Below are positions 13,966 to 26,400 of a stretch of 64,000 nt of DNA, in pieces. The stretch comes from Cyanophora paradoxa CCMP329 (Eukaryota; Plantae; Glaucophyta): NCBI GenBank assembly GCA_004431415.1, contig QPMI01000411.1, positions 186,001-250,000 on the forward strand, given 5' to 3'. The position numbers were made by a program, and so were the translations under genes. The stretch's first letter is position 1; each line of letters begins with the position of its first letter. The notes beneath the pieces are model-generated. The model saw only the letters and a list, made by a program, of their open reading frames with translations, did not search any database and was not told the DNA's origin.

Positions 13966-14331
13966 CGATCGCGATATCGATGTACACGTCTTGTATCCGT
14001 CCTTGAAGGCCCCGCGGCCGAGGCTTCCCCTCGGCCTTCCCTCACTGAGTCACTGCTCATGATCACCGGCACCTCCAACTTCTCTCCCTGGCCTCCTGCA
14101 GGCTTATGCAGGGGCATCTGCAGCTGGGGCATGCAGGCTTATGCAGGCAAGGCCTGTAGGCTATAGCTAGGGGCCGTCGAGCCGGCCGCGGCAAGAAGCC
14201 TAAAAAAAGGGGGGGGAAACTTGCAGTTTAGCCATCCGAAAAAAGACCGTCTTGCGAACTGGCCGACTTGGACAAAAGGACCGTCGACGTCGGACAGACA
14301 GTTGCAATAGCAAGGGAAGGAAAGCAGCTGA

Positions 14332-14360
<29 letters not shown>
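14332..14360. repeat. Poly-C tract downstream of the cobW stop codon
   Basis: About 29 consecutive C. Confidence 0.9.
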
Positions 14361-14363
<3 letters not shown>

Positions 14364-14438
14364 CCGCCCTTGCAATATGCATTGCGATCGGTTAATCCGT
14401 AAAACGACAGGGTCGACGTGGGCATGGTGGAGCGGGGC

Positions 14439-17010
14439 CTAGGCGCTGGCGGCCGGCTCCTGCTCGGGGGCGAGGAGCTCGCCGAGGGAGGACCGGAGCG
14501 ACTCGAAGTCGACGTCGCGCCCGATGAAGACCAGCTGGTTCTTCCGCTCCGCCGTCGGCCAGTTCTGCGCGCGCCCCGGCCCGCTTCGAGACCCAGGCGC
14601 CCGAGGCCGGCGCGGGTCGACCGGGGCGCGCGCGGGCGCACGTCGGCGTCGATGTTGTAGCGGCCGCCGGCGAGCTGGAAGACGACGCGCTCGTGCTCGT
14701 CGGCGAACCAGAGGATGCCCTTGGCGCGGAAGACGGTCTCGGGGAGCTCGGCGTCCACCCAGCGCTCGAAGTCCTCGTAGGAGCGGAAGGGCCGGTCCGC
14801 CACGAAGCTCATCGACGCGAACCCGTCGTTCTCCAGGTGCCGCGAGTGCCCGTGGCTGCCCGCCCCGCCCTCAGCCCGCCGCCCGCATCCAAGGCGGGGG
14901 GGCCCTCGCCTGTGGTCGTGCGTCGGGTCCGTGCAGTTGGGGTCCCCGCAGCTGTGCCCGTGTTCGTGGTCGTGCTCGTGCTCGTGGTCGTGGCTGCCGC
15001 GCCGGCGCTCGGTCGGTCGGGCCGCGCGACGGGGCGGGCGGGTGGGGGGGCGGGGAGGGAGCGCGGGCGGACCTGTGCGAGTGCGCCACGGTCGTGTGCT
15101 TGTGGTCCTGCGGCGCATCGCCGAGTCGGTGGAGAGGGCGCGAGAGGCGGGGGCTGCCGCGGCGGAGGCCGGCGCACGTGCTCGTGGTCGTGCTCGTGGT
15201 CGTGCGAGTGGTTGTGCGTCGGATCCGTGCAGTTCGGGTCCCCGCAGCTGCCCTTCGGTGAGCCGTCGATCGAGGCGGGGCCCACCCCCATCCCGAGCCC
15301 CCGACCCGCCCCCCGCCGATCCCCGCGGGGGCGGGCACCTGTGCTCGTGGTCGTGGTCGTGGTGGTGCTCGCGCGCGTGCGCCTCGTCCTCCTCCTGCCG
15401 CCCGCCGGCTCGGCGCGCCCCGCGCTCCACGCCCGCCCCGCCCCGCGAACGCGGCGCGGCGCACGAGCATCATGGTGCGGAGGATGTCCTCGTTCGAGAG
15501 GCCGACGTCGATGATCAGCGGGAGCGGCACCTTCCCCTTCTCTGCGCACCAGCCGCTCGCCTCCCTCCCGCGGGGTGCAAGGGCGGCGGGAGGGGCGCAC
15601 GGGCGTGGACGATGCGGGCGCCGGGGCGCTCCTCGCGCACGTACGCCTCCACCTTCTCCAGCTGCGCGCCCCGGCGTTGGAGGCCGGCCGGTCGCCGCGC
15701 GGCGCCCCTCGAGGGCCGGGGGCGGCGGGGCGGGCCTGCTCCTTGGTCGCCACGTCGGTCTTGTTCAGGATCACGACGTCCCCGAGGCAGATCTGGGCGA
15801 CGCCAGGCCGGCTCAGGCGCGCCGGTCCGACCCGATCCTATTCGACCCGAGGCCGCGGGGCGGGGAGGGGGTACCTGGTTGTACGCGGCCTCCGACTCGT
15901 AGTGGTTCTCGTCGAAGGTCGAGGCGTCCACGACTGAAAGCGACCGGGCGGGGCGGGTCAGAGGCGAGGCAGGGGAAAGCGGGGCGGGGCGCACCGGTGA
16001 TAATGGAGTCGAGGGTGGTGCACTCGCGCAAGTCGGTGAAGACGAACGTTCGCGCGATCGGCAGCGGGTCCGCCACGCCCGTCGTCTCCACCACTGCCGC
16101 CCAGTCAGCGGCCACGGCGAGGCGCGGAGACGCCGTTCCGCTCACCGATGTAGTCGATCCTGCGCGAGCGGCGCGCGTCAGCGGGCGACGGCCGGCGGGG
16201 CGCGCCCGAGGGGCGCACTGCGACTTCTCGCGGCGCTCGATGATGCCCTGGATCGAATCGTAGAGCGAGTCATTGATCGAGCAGCTGCGGCGAGAGTCAG
16301 AGACGGCGCTCGCGGCGCCGCGCCGCGGTGCCGGGGCGCGCCAGATGCAGCCGTTGGTGAGCTCGACGACGTCGTCGTCCATGTTGAGGACGAGCTTCGA
16401 GTCGATGTTGATGTCGCCGAACTCGTTGACGAGGACCGCGACCTTCAGGTTCTCGCGGTTCCTGACGGCCCGGGCGCCCCGATCAGATGCGCTCGCGCGC
16501 GAGGCGCTGCGCCGCGCACGTGAGGATGTGGTTCAAGAGCGTCGTCTTGCCGGCGCCAAGGAAGCCCGTCTGCGGAGGATCAGGAAGCAGCTCTCGCACG
16601 GATCGGCTGCGGGCGCACGATAATTGTGACAGGAAGGCCCTTCGTTGGCACGTTCGGGAGGTCCCGCTGCACGCCAGTTGCGATCAGAAGCGCTCTGAGC
16701 GCTGCACGGCAGAGGCGCTGCACCGTGGACTTGAACGACGCAGCATTATGATTGTGAGCGCGGACGTCGAAGGTCCGACGGGGCGCAGCTGCACGCGGGG
16801 TCAGGCCCAAAAGCGCTAGCTATGCGCCGGGATCGACTCGCCGACGAAAGAGGAGGCCCGCTGGCCCTGGAGCTTTGCGCCGAGGAAGGTGCGAGAAGTC
16901 GAGAATGCGGGACGGGCCGCCTGCCGAACGGAGCCACGCACAACCCGCGCCGCCGGGGTCGTGACGGGCGCGCGGCTGCCGGGAACGGCCGTGAAGGGTG
17001 CGACGAACAT
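14439..17010 (-). CDS. cobW: COG0523/CobW-family metal-binding GTPase (zinc metallochaperone-like), predicted plastid-targeted, ~18 exons
   Basis: After splicing: PVTIITGFLGAGKTT (Walker A), VAVLVNEFGD, ELTNGCICCS (CxCC), VETTG, ILNKTD, a His-rich linker, and CobW_C FRAKGILWF...QLVFIGR. The N-terminus MFVAP...FLGAKL...RRTFDVRA resembles a transit peptide. Stop TAG at 14439-14441. Confidence 0.93.
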
Positions 17011-17170
17011 GGCAGAAGGTGCGTGCGAACGCAGGAAACGCGTACCCAACCGGCAAGCCAAGATGAGATAGAGAAGCCCTCGGAATGCCCTAGTAGAAGC
17101 CCGATTCCGTAGTTTTCGCGTAGTAGAAGCGTAGCACACCAGGGGAACGGCCTGCCCGGCCGCCGCCGGG
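17011..17170. promoter_or_regulatory. Probable bidirectional promoter between the cobW and CPBP genes
   Basis: Only 160 bp separate the divergent ATGs (17010 on -, 17171 on +). Direct repeat TAGTAGAAGC at 17091 and 17121. Confidence 0.6.
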
Positions 17171-19564
17171 ATGAGCTTCGCCGCAGGCACTCCAGCTCAT
17201 CCCGTCGCCGGTGTTCGGTGCCCAGCTTGGCAGGGATTCGGCTCTCAGAATACGAGCCCGACCGCCCGCCCGAACCGTCCAGTTTCCCGCGTCGGCGGTT
17301 TCGGCGGGTTGGGCGTGCTGGCGAGGCCTTTCTTCGCGGGATCCGAGTCCAAAAGGCGGTTGTTTAGCTCCAGCAGCTGGCATTCGCGCCTTCGCGGTCG
17401 GTTTGCCGCCGAGCGCGCCTTCACGGTAGGCTTGCCACATGCACCGGCCGTTCAGGCCGTTCTGGTGCGTGCCCCTGCGCGTACGCCAGTCCCGAGGCTT
17501 AGCTTTAGCCGCGCTGAATGTCTGTCGAGCGTTGCCCCGTCGCGCGCCGCTCCTGGCTGAGATCGCGCCATGCTTGCAGAGCCCCGCGCTCGTCGAGATC
17601 TTCATGTGCCTGGGGACGAACGTCCTGCTCTCCTGGCTCTTCCATAAGATATCGACGACACGGCCGCAGCAGGTCGGCACGGCGAGCGGTTCGTCGCTTC
17701 GACATCCCGCGCTCTTTCGCGCCCGCGTTTCGTACGAAGCACGTGCGCTGAGAGGGGCGCTTCGCAGGGCTCTTCGCGAGCCCTCTTCAGACGCTGATCA
17801 TCGGCGGCTGCTTCCTCAAGGCGGTCTCGGGGATCCACCCCATCAACCTGGAGCGCATGCTCTCCCGCCGCCTCTTCCAGCTCAAGGACCGGTGCGCTGC
17901 GCCTCGCTGCCGCCTGCCCGCCCGCCGGCGCGGCGCGCTCGAGCCGGCCCCGGGGCGCAGGCACGTGGCGCAGGCGATCCTCTTCGGCTACCTTCTCGTC
18001 CAGCTCGCCTCCCTGCGGGATGTCATCCGCCGCGCCCCCGCCCGGCCCCTCATCCACATCGGTCCGCCCGCGCCGCGCTCCGCCCCGCCCCCCGCCCCGC
18101 GCCCCCGCGCCCCGCGCCGCGCCCCCGCGCCCCGGCGCCTCACGCGACGCGGCGGGGCAGACGGGGAGACGCCGTCGCCGTCGGCGGAGGACGACATGCT
18201 GAGCCCGGCGCCCGAGACGCCCACGCCCTCCCCGCCCCCGACGCCCCTCGACGACGAGTCCCCGCTGCCCGCGGCGCCCGCGCCGGCGGTCTCGCCGGCC
18301 GCCCTCGCGGAGCAGTTCCCGCGCGTGGCGAAGCACCCGGCGGGGGCGCTGATCATGGCGGCGCGCTCCTGGCGGGAGGTCTGGTGGACCGTCCTCGCCG
18401 CCTGCGTCGTGGCCCCCGTCTTCGAGGAGTGGTGCGCGGGGCGGGCCCGCCGGGCCCAGCGGGCTGGGCTCTGACGCGGGCGCGCTCAGGGTGTACCGGG
18501 GGATCGTGTTCCGGCGCCTCGTCGTCCTCTCCTCGCCCGTCTTCGCGGGCCTCGCCACGGCCCTCATCTTCGGCGTCTCCCACTGCGTGCGCCTCCCAGG
18601 CGGGGCCCAGCCCCCATAAACCAGATGGCTGCCTCGAGCTCGGGCCGAGCCCTCCGCCCGGGGGCGCTTCGATTCGCGCTCGCCGACGCCGGCGCCGGCG
18701 CAGCTCTTCCCGTTCTTCGCGGCGCGGGACGTGACGCGTCGGGCGCCTGGGATCCGCAAGGAGATGGCGCGGCAGAAGCAGTCCGCCCGCATCCGCCTCA
18801 ACGTCCTCCGCTGCGGTGCGAGGCGCCCCGCGCGCCCAACGCCCCCCTCCCTTTCCCCCGCCCCCCAGCACCCACCGGCGCTGGGAGCAGCGGCCGGGGG
18901 GGACTGGAGCTCGGCGACGGACACGGTGGTGGACGCGTGGACGGAGACGGCGGGGCGGCCGGGGAGCTCCTGGCCCTTCCAGGCCCTCTCCAAGGCCGAG
19001 GTCAAGCAGCTCCAGGCCCGCCCCCGCCCCCGCCCCCGCCCCCGCCCCGCTTCCCCGGGGGCCGCCTGACGCCGCCTGGCGCTGGCGGGCAGGTGTGCGA
19101 GTACCCGGAGGACGTGGAGGACCTCGCCGAGTGCGAGGCCGTCATCGGCCGCCGTGCGCCCCCGCCCCGCCCGCCCCGGTCCCGCCCGCCCCGCGCCCCC
19201 CCGACCCGCCCCGCCCCCGCAGTGCTCTTCCGGTGGTACGAGGAGGGCGGGGGCAAGCCGAGCGAGGCGCCCCTGCACGCCATCCTCGGCACCCGCCGCG
19301 CCGAGCGCGTCATCCGCGCCTCCGCGTCCGCCCCGCCCGCCCCGCCCGCCCCGCCCCGCCCGCCCCGCCGGCGCCTGGCGAGCCGGTCGGCAGCGGGAGG
19401 TGGAGGAGTGGGAGGGGGCGCTGGAGGAGCTGGAGGGCCAGATCGAGGCGCAGCGGCGGGCGGCCGCCCTCCCCACCCTCGCCTCCGACTCCCTCGCCCT
19501 CGCCCCCATGGGCGCCGCCCTCTCCGCCGCCTACGTCGCCGGTCCGCCAGCCCCCGCCCGCTGA
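17171..19564 (+). CDS. CPBP (Abi/CAAX protease type II)-like membrane protein, predicted plastid-targeted, multi-exon
   Basis: MSFAAG... transit-peptide-like start. Spliced VAPVFEEWVYRG (EExxxR) and LIFGVSH (FxxxH) motifs. Helical C-terminal extension ending at TGA 19562-19564. Confidence 0.75.
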
Positions 19565-20453
19565 GCCCAGCTTGGCCGAGCTGAGCTGGGGGGGGGACAG
19601 CCGGGGGGCGGCTGCGGGCCTCCATCGCGTGCCACTCGCTCCTCAACGCCCTCGCCTGCCTCGCCGCCCTCGTCCTCTCCGGTCCGCCCCGCGCCCCCCC
19701 CCCCCCCCCCTGTCGAGCCGCCCACGCCCCCCCCCCCCCCCCTCCCCTCGGCGAGCGCAGGCAAGCTCGTCTTCGCAGGCCACACCCGCCGGAGATGACC
19801 CCGCCCCCTCTTCTCCCTCCCTCGAGCCCCCCCCCGCTCTCTCCTCTCGCTTGCTCCCCTGGTCGCTCTTGAGTCGCGTGCTGGCGTGCTTTTGTTTTTG
19901 TTCTTAGATCTTGCTCACTTGTTTGAAACATGTCGTCATTGAAGCGTTGCTGGCCAATTGTAGACGCAGCCCTGCGGCCCAGAGCCCCGTGACCCGTGGG
20001 GCATGCGCCTGCAAGTCGCTCTGAAATAGAACCACCGTCACCGAGTTAGACGCTGCGTGCTCTTCAGCTGCCAATGATCGCAATTCAATGATTGCAAAAC
20101 CTGATTAGGAATTCGATACCTATTCTTCGACTAACCTGGTAGCGGTGAACTCGACTTGGCATGCGCAAGGCCGTAAGGTTCTCGATCTAGATCTAGATCT
20201 GTAGCGAAAAATCGATATGCAACTGTACTGCACGGCTCAACGATAACGTGGCTGTCGGCATGCGAGCATTGATTCGGTGATGCTAAAAGCAGAAGGCAGT
20301 TGCATAAGAAATTCTTAAGCTTTATCTTCGACGATCTTCTTCGATGTCGACTGCTGAAGCTCCTAACAAATATGATCGAAACAGCCAAGAATGATTTTCA
20401 GATTTACCGATTGCGGGCATCCTGACTACAAGCTTTCTAGATCCGGATCCGAT

Positions 20454-23400
20454 CTAGACCTGCACAACCAAGAAGCCGCCCTGGGGGTTGACGGAGCCGG
20501 GCGCGGCTCCCGTCTGCGCCGCATGGGCGCTCGAGGCCGACGCGGAGGCGCCGGCGGCGCTGCCGGAGGCGGCGACGGGCCGCCCGAGCCTGCGCCACGC
20601 GACGAAGAAGGCGGCGACGAGGACGGCGACGCCGGCGGCCGCGCCGATGGCGATCGCCGCGATGTGGCCCCCCTCGAGGCCCCCCGAGCCCGAGTTGCCA
20701 GCGCCGACCGCGGTGGAACCCGACTGGCTGGGGGCGAGGCCGCCCGCGGTGCGCGCCGCGTCGAGCGCCCGCCTCAGAGCCTCCCCCGTCTGCCCAGTCT
20801 GCGTAGCGTGTAAGGGATGTGCTCAAAGCCCATGTACAACCAGAGCAGCTCAGGATTAGCGGCACACCTGCTGGACCTCGACGAGGCCGGCGCCGGTGAG
20901 GGGCTGGTAGGCGGCGGGGAGGGCGCTCTGCTGGAAGTAGAGGGGCGAGCCCGGCTCGACCGTGTACCCCGGGCCCAGCTGGATGATGAGGAGCGCGCTG
21001 CTCGAGGCCGCCCCGGCGAGGCTGCGGCGCGAGCTCGAGGCCGAGGCCTGCTGGACCGTGCACTTCGGCGCTGCGACACCGTTGTGATCGCGAGGTTAGA
21101 TTGATCATGATTCGAACTGCGAGGCGCGAAGAGCACGGAGAGGAAGGGACCGGAGGCGGCGCACCGGAGCCGAGGGAGGCGGTGCTGTTGGCGTCGAGGA
21201 GGGAGGCGCACGGGAGGGCGGCCGAGCTCGCGCTCGAGGCGGCGCCGACGGAGACGGGCACGTCGAAGGAGACGGAGATGGACCTCATGTCCGCCCCGAA
21301 GGCCGCCGAGCCGACCACCACCCACGGGCTGCACGCGCGAAAAGGAGAGTTGGTGCGTGAGCGGCACTGAAAGCGTACGCGTGCTCGTCACGATCATCGC
21401 GCGCACCAGGTCTCGTTGTTGCAGGCCCCGATCGTGCTGCACCAGTCGACTGCGAGGGGAGACAAAAGAAAATCAGAAAAGCTAGCTTTATATACACACG
21501 CACGGTGCGAAATATGCGGGGGGCTGGAGGGGGCTTCAGGATCGCACCGAGGTCGGTCGGGAACTCGCACTTGCCCGAGTCCGGGTTGCAGAGCTGGCAG
21601 GGGCTGCAGGCGGCGCAGCCGAGGCCCGTCCAGTTGCCGCTCGCCTTCATCTCCGCCACCTTATCCGCCAGGTACACGTTCTTGTACTGCCCCCGCCAAG
21701 TGAATAAAGTCAATATAAGCCGCCACGCTCCTGATCTGAATGGAGCCGGCCTCGGTCGCACCGGGCCGGGGGCCTGGTTGGCGGTGGCGCGGAAGGTGGA
21801 GCCGGCGGCGAGGCGCGTGCCCTGCACGAAGAGCCCGGCGCCCTGCCCGTTGCCGCCCTCCACGCTGTTCTGCACCAGCACGGGTCCCCCCAGCGCCACC
21901 TCGCCGGCCTTGACCAGCGCCAGGCCGCCCCCGAAGCCGCCCCGCGCCCGGTTCTTCACGAAGCGGACGCCCCGGGCCACGGAGGAGCCGCCGGCGCCCG
22001 CCGCGAAGAGGGCCCCGCCCCCGACCTGGTTGTCGCTGCCGTTGTGCCACCTGGCGCCAACGCTCGCTCAGGATTCGGCTCTTCGTTTGTAGAGATACCG
22101 TGCGCGCACTGGAAGCCGGCGACGTTCGCCTGGAAGAACGTGTTCCCGGCGATCTCGACCCTCGACATCGCGAACAGGCCGCCGCCCATGTAGGCGTTGT
22201 TCTGAATTCCGAGGAGCGCTCGGATCAGTGAACCGAGAGCCGAACTTGCCCGCATCGATATCGCAGCCAATTGCAATGGCGCGGACCTCGGCGAAGAGGC
22301 AGTCGGTGATGCGCACGGGGGCCTCGGAGGCGACGACGGCGAGGCCGCCCCCGACGCCCCTGCCGGCCGGCAGCTTGACCGAGCGCAGGTTCCCCGCCCC
22401 GTTCCCCTCGAACGAGCACAAGGCGAACGATGCCCCCCGCGCCTTCGCGCCGGACGGCGAGCCGACGAGGGCGCCGCCGCCCACGATGCCGAAGTTGTCT
22501 GCGAAACCACAAACGTTGGCGTGTGGAACGTTGACGGTCTCCAGGTCTAGATACGTGGGCAATTGCAATTTGTTGGCGCACTGTCAAACTGGGACCGCTC
22601 GACTGTCGCAAGGCACTCCGGCTGGACCCACAAGGCGCCACCTGGGCCCCCGCGGCCGTGAGACACGCGCGGGGCTGGCTATAATATTAGATTCGTGCCG
22701 TGAAGCGCGCACCGAAGACGCCGAGGTTCGCAGAGAACCGCGTCGAATTGACGGCGAGAGAGGACGAGGGGCCGCCGCAGATGATGCCAGCAGACCCTGG
22801 GGGGCATTAGTTGTAGAGTAAAGTTGGGCATGACCGGAATCGATCGAATGAGACAGAACACGAGCGCACTGCCGTCGCCGCGGCCGCCCAGCCCCGTGCG
22901 GTTGTTGAAGTTCATGATGAAGAGGGAGTGGTCGACGGTCGCCGAGGTGCCGTTCACGAGGAGGGCCTCCCCGTACGAGCGCCGGAACGCGCAGCGGGAA
23001 ACGGCGAGCAGGGCGGCGGCGTAGATGCCGGCGCCCTGCGGCGCGGCGTTGACCTCGAGGGTCGTGTTGGCCACCCGCACGGGCTCGAGCCCGCTGATCG
23101 CGAGAACCGCGATGGCGCCGCCCGTCACCTTGGCCGCGTTGTTCTGCGACAAAGTTAACGAGTCAGCTGCAACGAATTAGATCTGCGCTGGATGCAGGTT
23201 CTCACATTAAAGAAGCAATCCGCAAAAGATGCTGAGGCAGCGCCGTCGATAAGGACAGCACCTCCGACGAGAGCGCGGTTGCCAACGAAGTTGCAATGCT
23301 CGAAAGTGGCGTGAGCCCCGTTGCTGATTGCGACCGCCCCTCCGGACGAGCCGGCCGCGTTCTGCAGTGACGTGCATGCGGGTGATTCACGATAAGTCAA

Positions 23401-26400
23401 ATTCTAGCGCGTTCGCCGGCGCCGGGCATGGCGTGCGCGGACCGAGAGGAACGTGCAGCCCTTGAAGTGAATTGTCGCGGCGCCCGACACACGGACGGCT
23501 CCGCCGGCGCCCGTGTTGTTGTTGTACGCGAAAACAACGTTCTGCAGCGTGACAGCGTCCCCCCCGCTCAGGGAGAGCGCGGGGGTGTCGGGGCCGCCGC
23601 AGAGGCCGACGGTGATGCCGAGCGGCACGACGAGCGGCGAGCTGTGTCGGATGTCGAACGCGCCCTGGTCCTCCGTGCAGTACAGGCGCGTGTCCGAAGC
23701 GGATCCCGGCCCGGCGGCCCGTCCGCTGATTGAGCGGATCTGGCAGAAAGCACATCGATAGGGATCACTCGAGCTCGAGTGCGTGTAGTGCGAATCGAAA
23801 TTATTGGACTCACGTAAACACGACTGCCGGCGGCGGAGGCCGAGCTGGGAAGGCTCCAGCGGCTCGTCGTCCCGTTTTGCGGGTAGTCGCCACTCATGAG
23901 GAAGATGCCGACCTGCAGCAATATTTTTATTCGCGGCTGGCTTAAATTCGAATGCAGGAGCATTGGTATGCAATATTTGACGCGCGCGCACCTCGACGGC
24001 CGCTCCCGCCGCGAGGATGCGGCGCTCGGCGTACGACAGGGCGGCGTCGAGCGTCGCATAGCGCCGGACGGGCGCCCCCGTGGAGTCAATGCTGACGTTG
24101 GACGCCGCGCCGTAGGTCGTGAGGAAGGGCCAGCTGTCGCTGCCGAGGAAGGGGTCGACGAAGAGGCGGAGGCCGTACGATGCATCGGCGGCGACGTCGA
24201 GGGCGACGGGCCGGTCGACGCAGGAGCCGTTGAAGGGCGCGACTGTGACGACCACCGAGGAGCCCTCGACGAGGAACGCCGAGATCTCGCTCAGCTCGGG
24301 GACGAACTCCCGCACCCCTGATCATGAGCGCGCGAAATCAGTCGAAAGGCCCGCAAACTCGACGGTCGACGTGGAACAGAAAAGATCGCCGACCTGTCTT
24401 GGGGGCGTGGCAGCCGACGCTGGCGCACGAGCCGGCGAAGACGAGCCCAACGACGGCGTCGAAGCCCGAGGCGGCGGCGCTGAAGCGGAAGACGCCCGAC
24501 GTCGTCGCGTTGAAGGCGAAGTGGGCGACCTGCGCCACCGCCACCCCGCAGTAGCCCGTCGTCGTCGGCGGCGCGGCCGGGCAGAGCGAGCCGAGCTGGT
24601 TCCGGCCGAGGCGCGCGGGGCGCGCCAGGTCCGCGTAGCAGTTCATGATGCCTGCGATTCGAAGTCGCAATTTTAATCAGAACCTGGAACGTGGAAAGCC
24701 GTCCGCGGGCTAGCGCTTCGCTTTCTTCGCACCCCTCACGAGCATCGGGGAGGTGATTGCGCTGCTCGCGTCAGGGCCCGTCGGTTCCGCCGTCTTGAAC
24801 TTCAGGAACCCCTCCTCGCGCGCCGCTGATTCGATTTGGAACCGACGAATGTAAGCCGAACGCGTAACGCCATGGCCAGCAAGAGATTTAGAGGAGCGGG
24901 CGGACCGGAGAGGGCCTCGGAGATCTGGCGCGTGAAGTTGTCCATGGCGAGGCGCGTCGTCTCGACGTCGAGGACGAACCGGCTCGCGACGGCGTACGCG
25001 CCGGCCTCGGCGAGCGCGCTCTCCGTCCCGTCCGGCGCCGGCACGTCCCGCGCCGCGAAATCCATCAGCGGCTCCAGCACGTTGGCGGTCGAGTTGTAGA
25101 GCGGCTCCGGCACGAACGGCGGCGGCGCGCTGAGCGCCTGGCTCGCATCCAGCAGGCGCCGGCCCCTGGCCACGGGTTTCGCGGCGTCTGCAGCGTCGAC
25201 GTCTGCAGTGCCTGTCGCAGGGAGCTTGTGCACCTCCGCCGTCCCATTCGACCATTCTGCGGAATGGAAGCCAGTTCAGCTTCCAAAGTTTTCCACGTTT
25301 GTACTTTATCGCACCGTATGCGTGCAGCAGGGATCGGCGGCTGCTCTTGCAGGGCGAGCACACAAAAGCGTTGGGCGTCCCCTGGCGGTCGCACCAGTGG
25401 GAGTAGATAGTCCCCGCCACGATGCCGGGCTTGTTGCACCATTGCTCGCATGTGTATTTCGTGGCACTCGAGCTCAGGCCGTACGGAGTCGTCGGCGCCG
25501 AGCACCTGCGCGTACGCGTGCAGCCGTCAGAACTCTGTGCGGAAAATTTCATGTCCCCGTGCGCACTCGCTGTTGCAGTCAAAGTTGATGCGGCCATTCA
25601 CACAATCACAGTAGCCTGCGCGCACGCATCTGTCAGTAACTCTTTTTGCTGCTGTACATGTACAACCATCTCGCTTTGTTCACCCGCTTTGTTGTACCAG
25701 ACCGTCGCTGTGTCGAAACTGTCCATCATCGTGTTGCGTCCTCCGTCGAACTTGCAGCTTGTGTAGTCCGCCTGCTTCCAGCACTTCGGATAAAGAGGAT
25801 CGAACTGATTCATCGTCGGGTCGCTCGGCTTGATGCAGCCGCCGAGGCTGCGTGAGAAAGCGTTAAATCGATCAGATGAGCGAGCGATGAGATCCGGGCG
25901 TGATGAGTCATTTCACTTCGCGCGCATGTTTCTTCGGTATCATTCATATGCAATTTGATCAAGTTATTTTTGTGGCCTTCCGCGCACCCTCCGCTTTGCT
26001 GTGGCTCGGTTGCTGCTGGCGTAGGTGTCGGCGCCGGCGGGTTGGGGCCCGGGTCCGGGTTGTTGTTCGCGGGGGGCGTGACCGGGGCCGGCGGGGGCGC
26101 GGGCTTGCTCTCGGGCTCGGGCGGGAGGCCGCACTCCTCCTCGGTGATCTGGACGGGCTCGCCGGCCGCCTGGACGCCGCTGAGCGCGATCGCCCGGTTG
26201 CGGGCCTCGAAGTTGAAGATGCGGCGGGTCGGGCCCGGCTTGAACGCGTCCGGGAGCACCCGGTAGCGGACAGTGTCGCACTTGTCGCTCCGCCCGCCGA
26301 AGCCGCAGATCTGGTAGCTCTCGAACTTGGGCCAGATGGCGGGGAGCTCGACGGTGAAGTTCTGCGAGGCCGAGATGTTGAAGTAGGAGTAGAAGAACGT

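Noticed and set aside
17602-19509. Long Arg/Pro/Gly/Ala-rich ORFs (e.g. 635 aa here, 38779-40653, 49563-51620)
   Set aside because: These are antisense or intron read-through frames caused by stop-codon scarcity at very high GC. The real genes are spliced in other frames.
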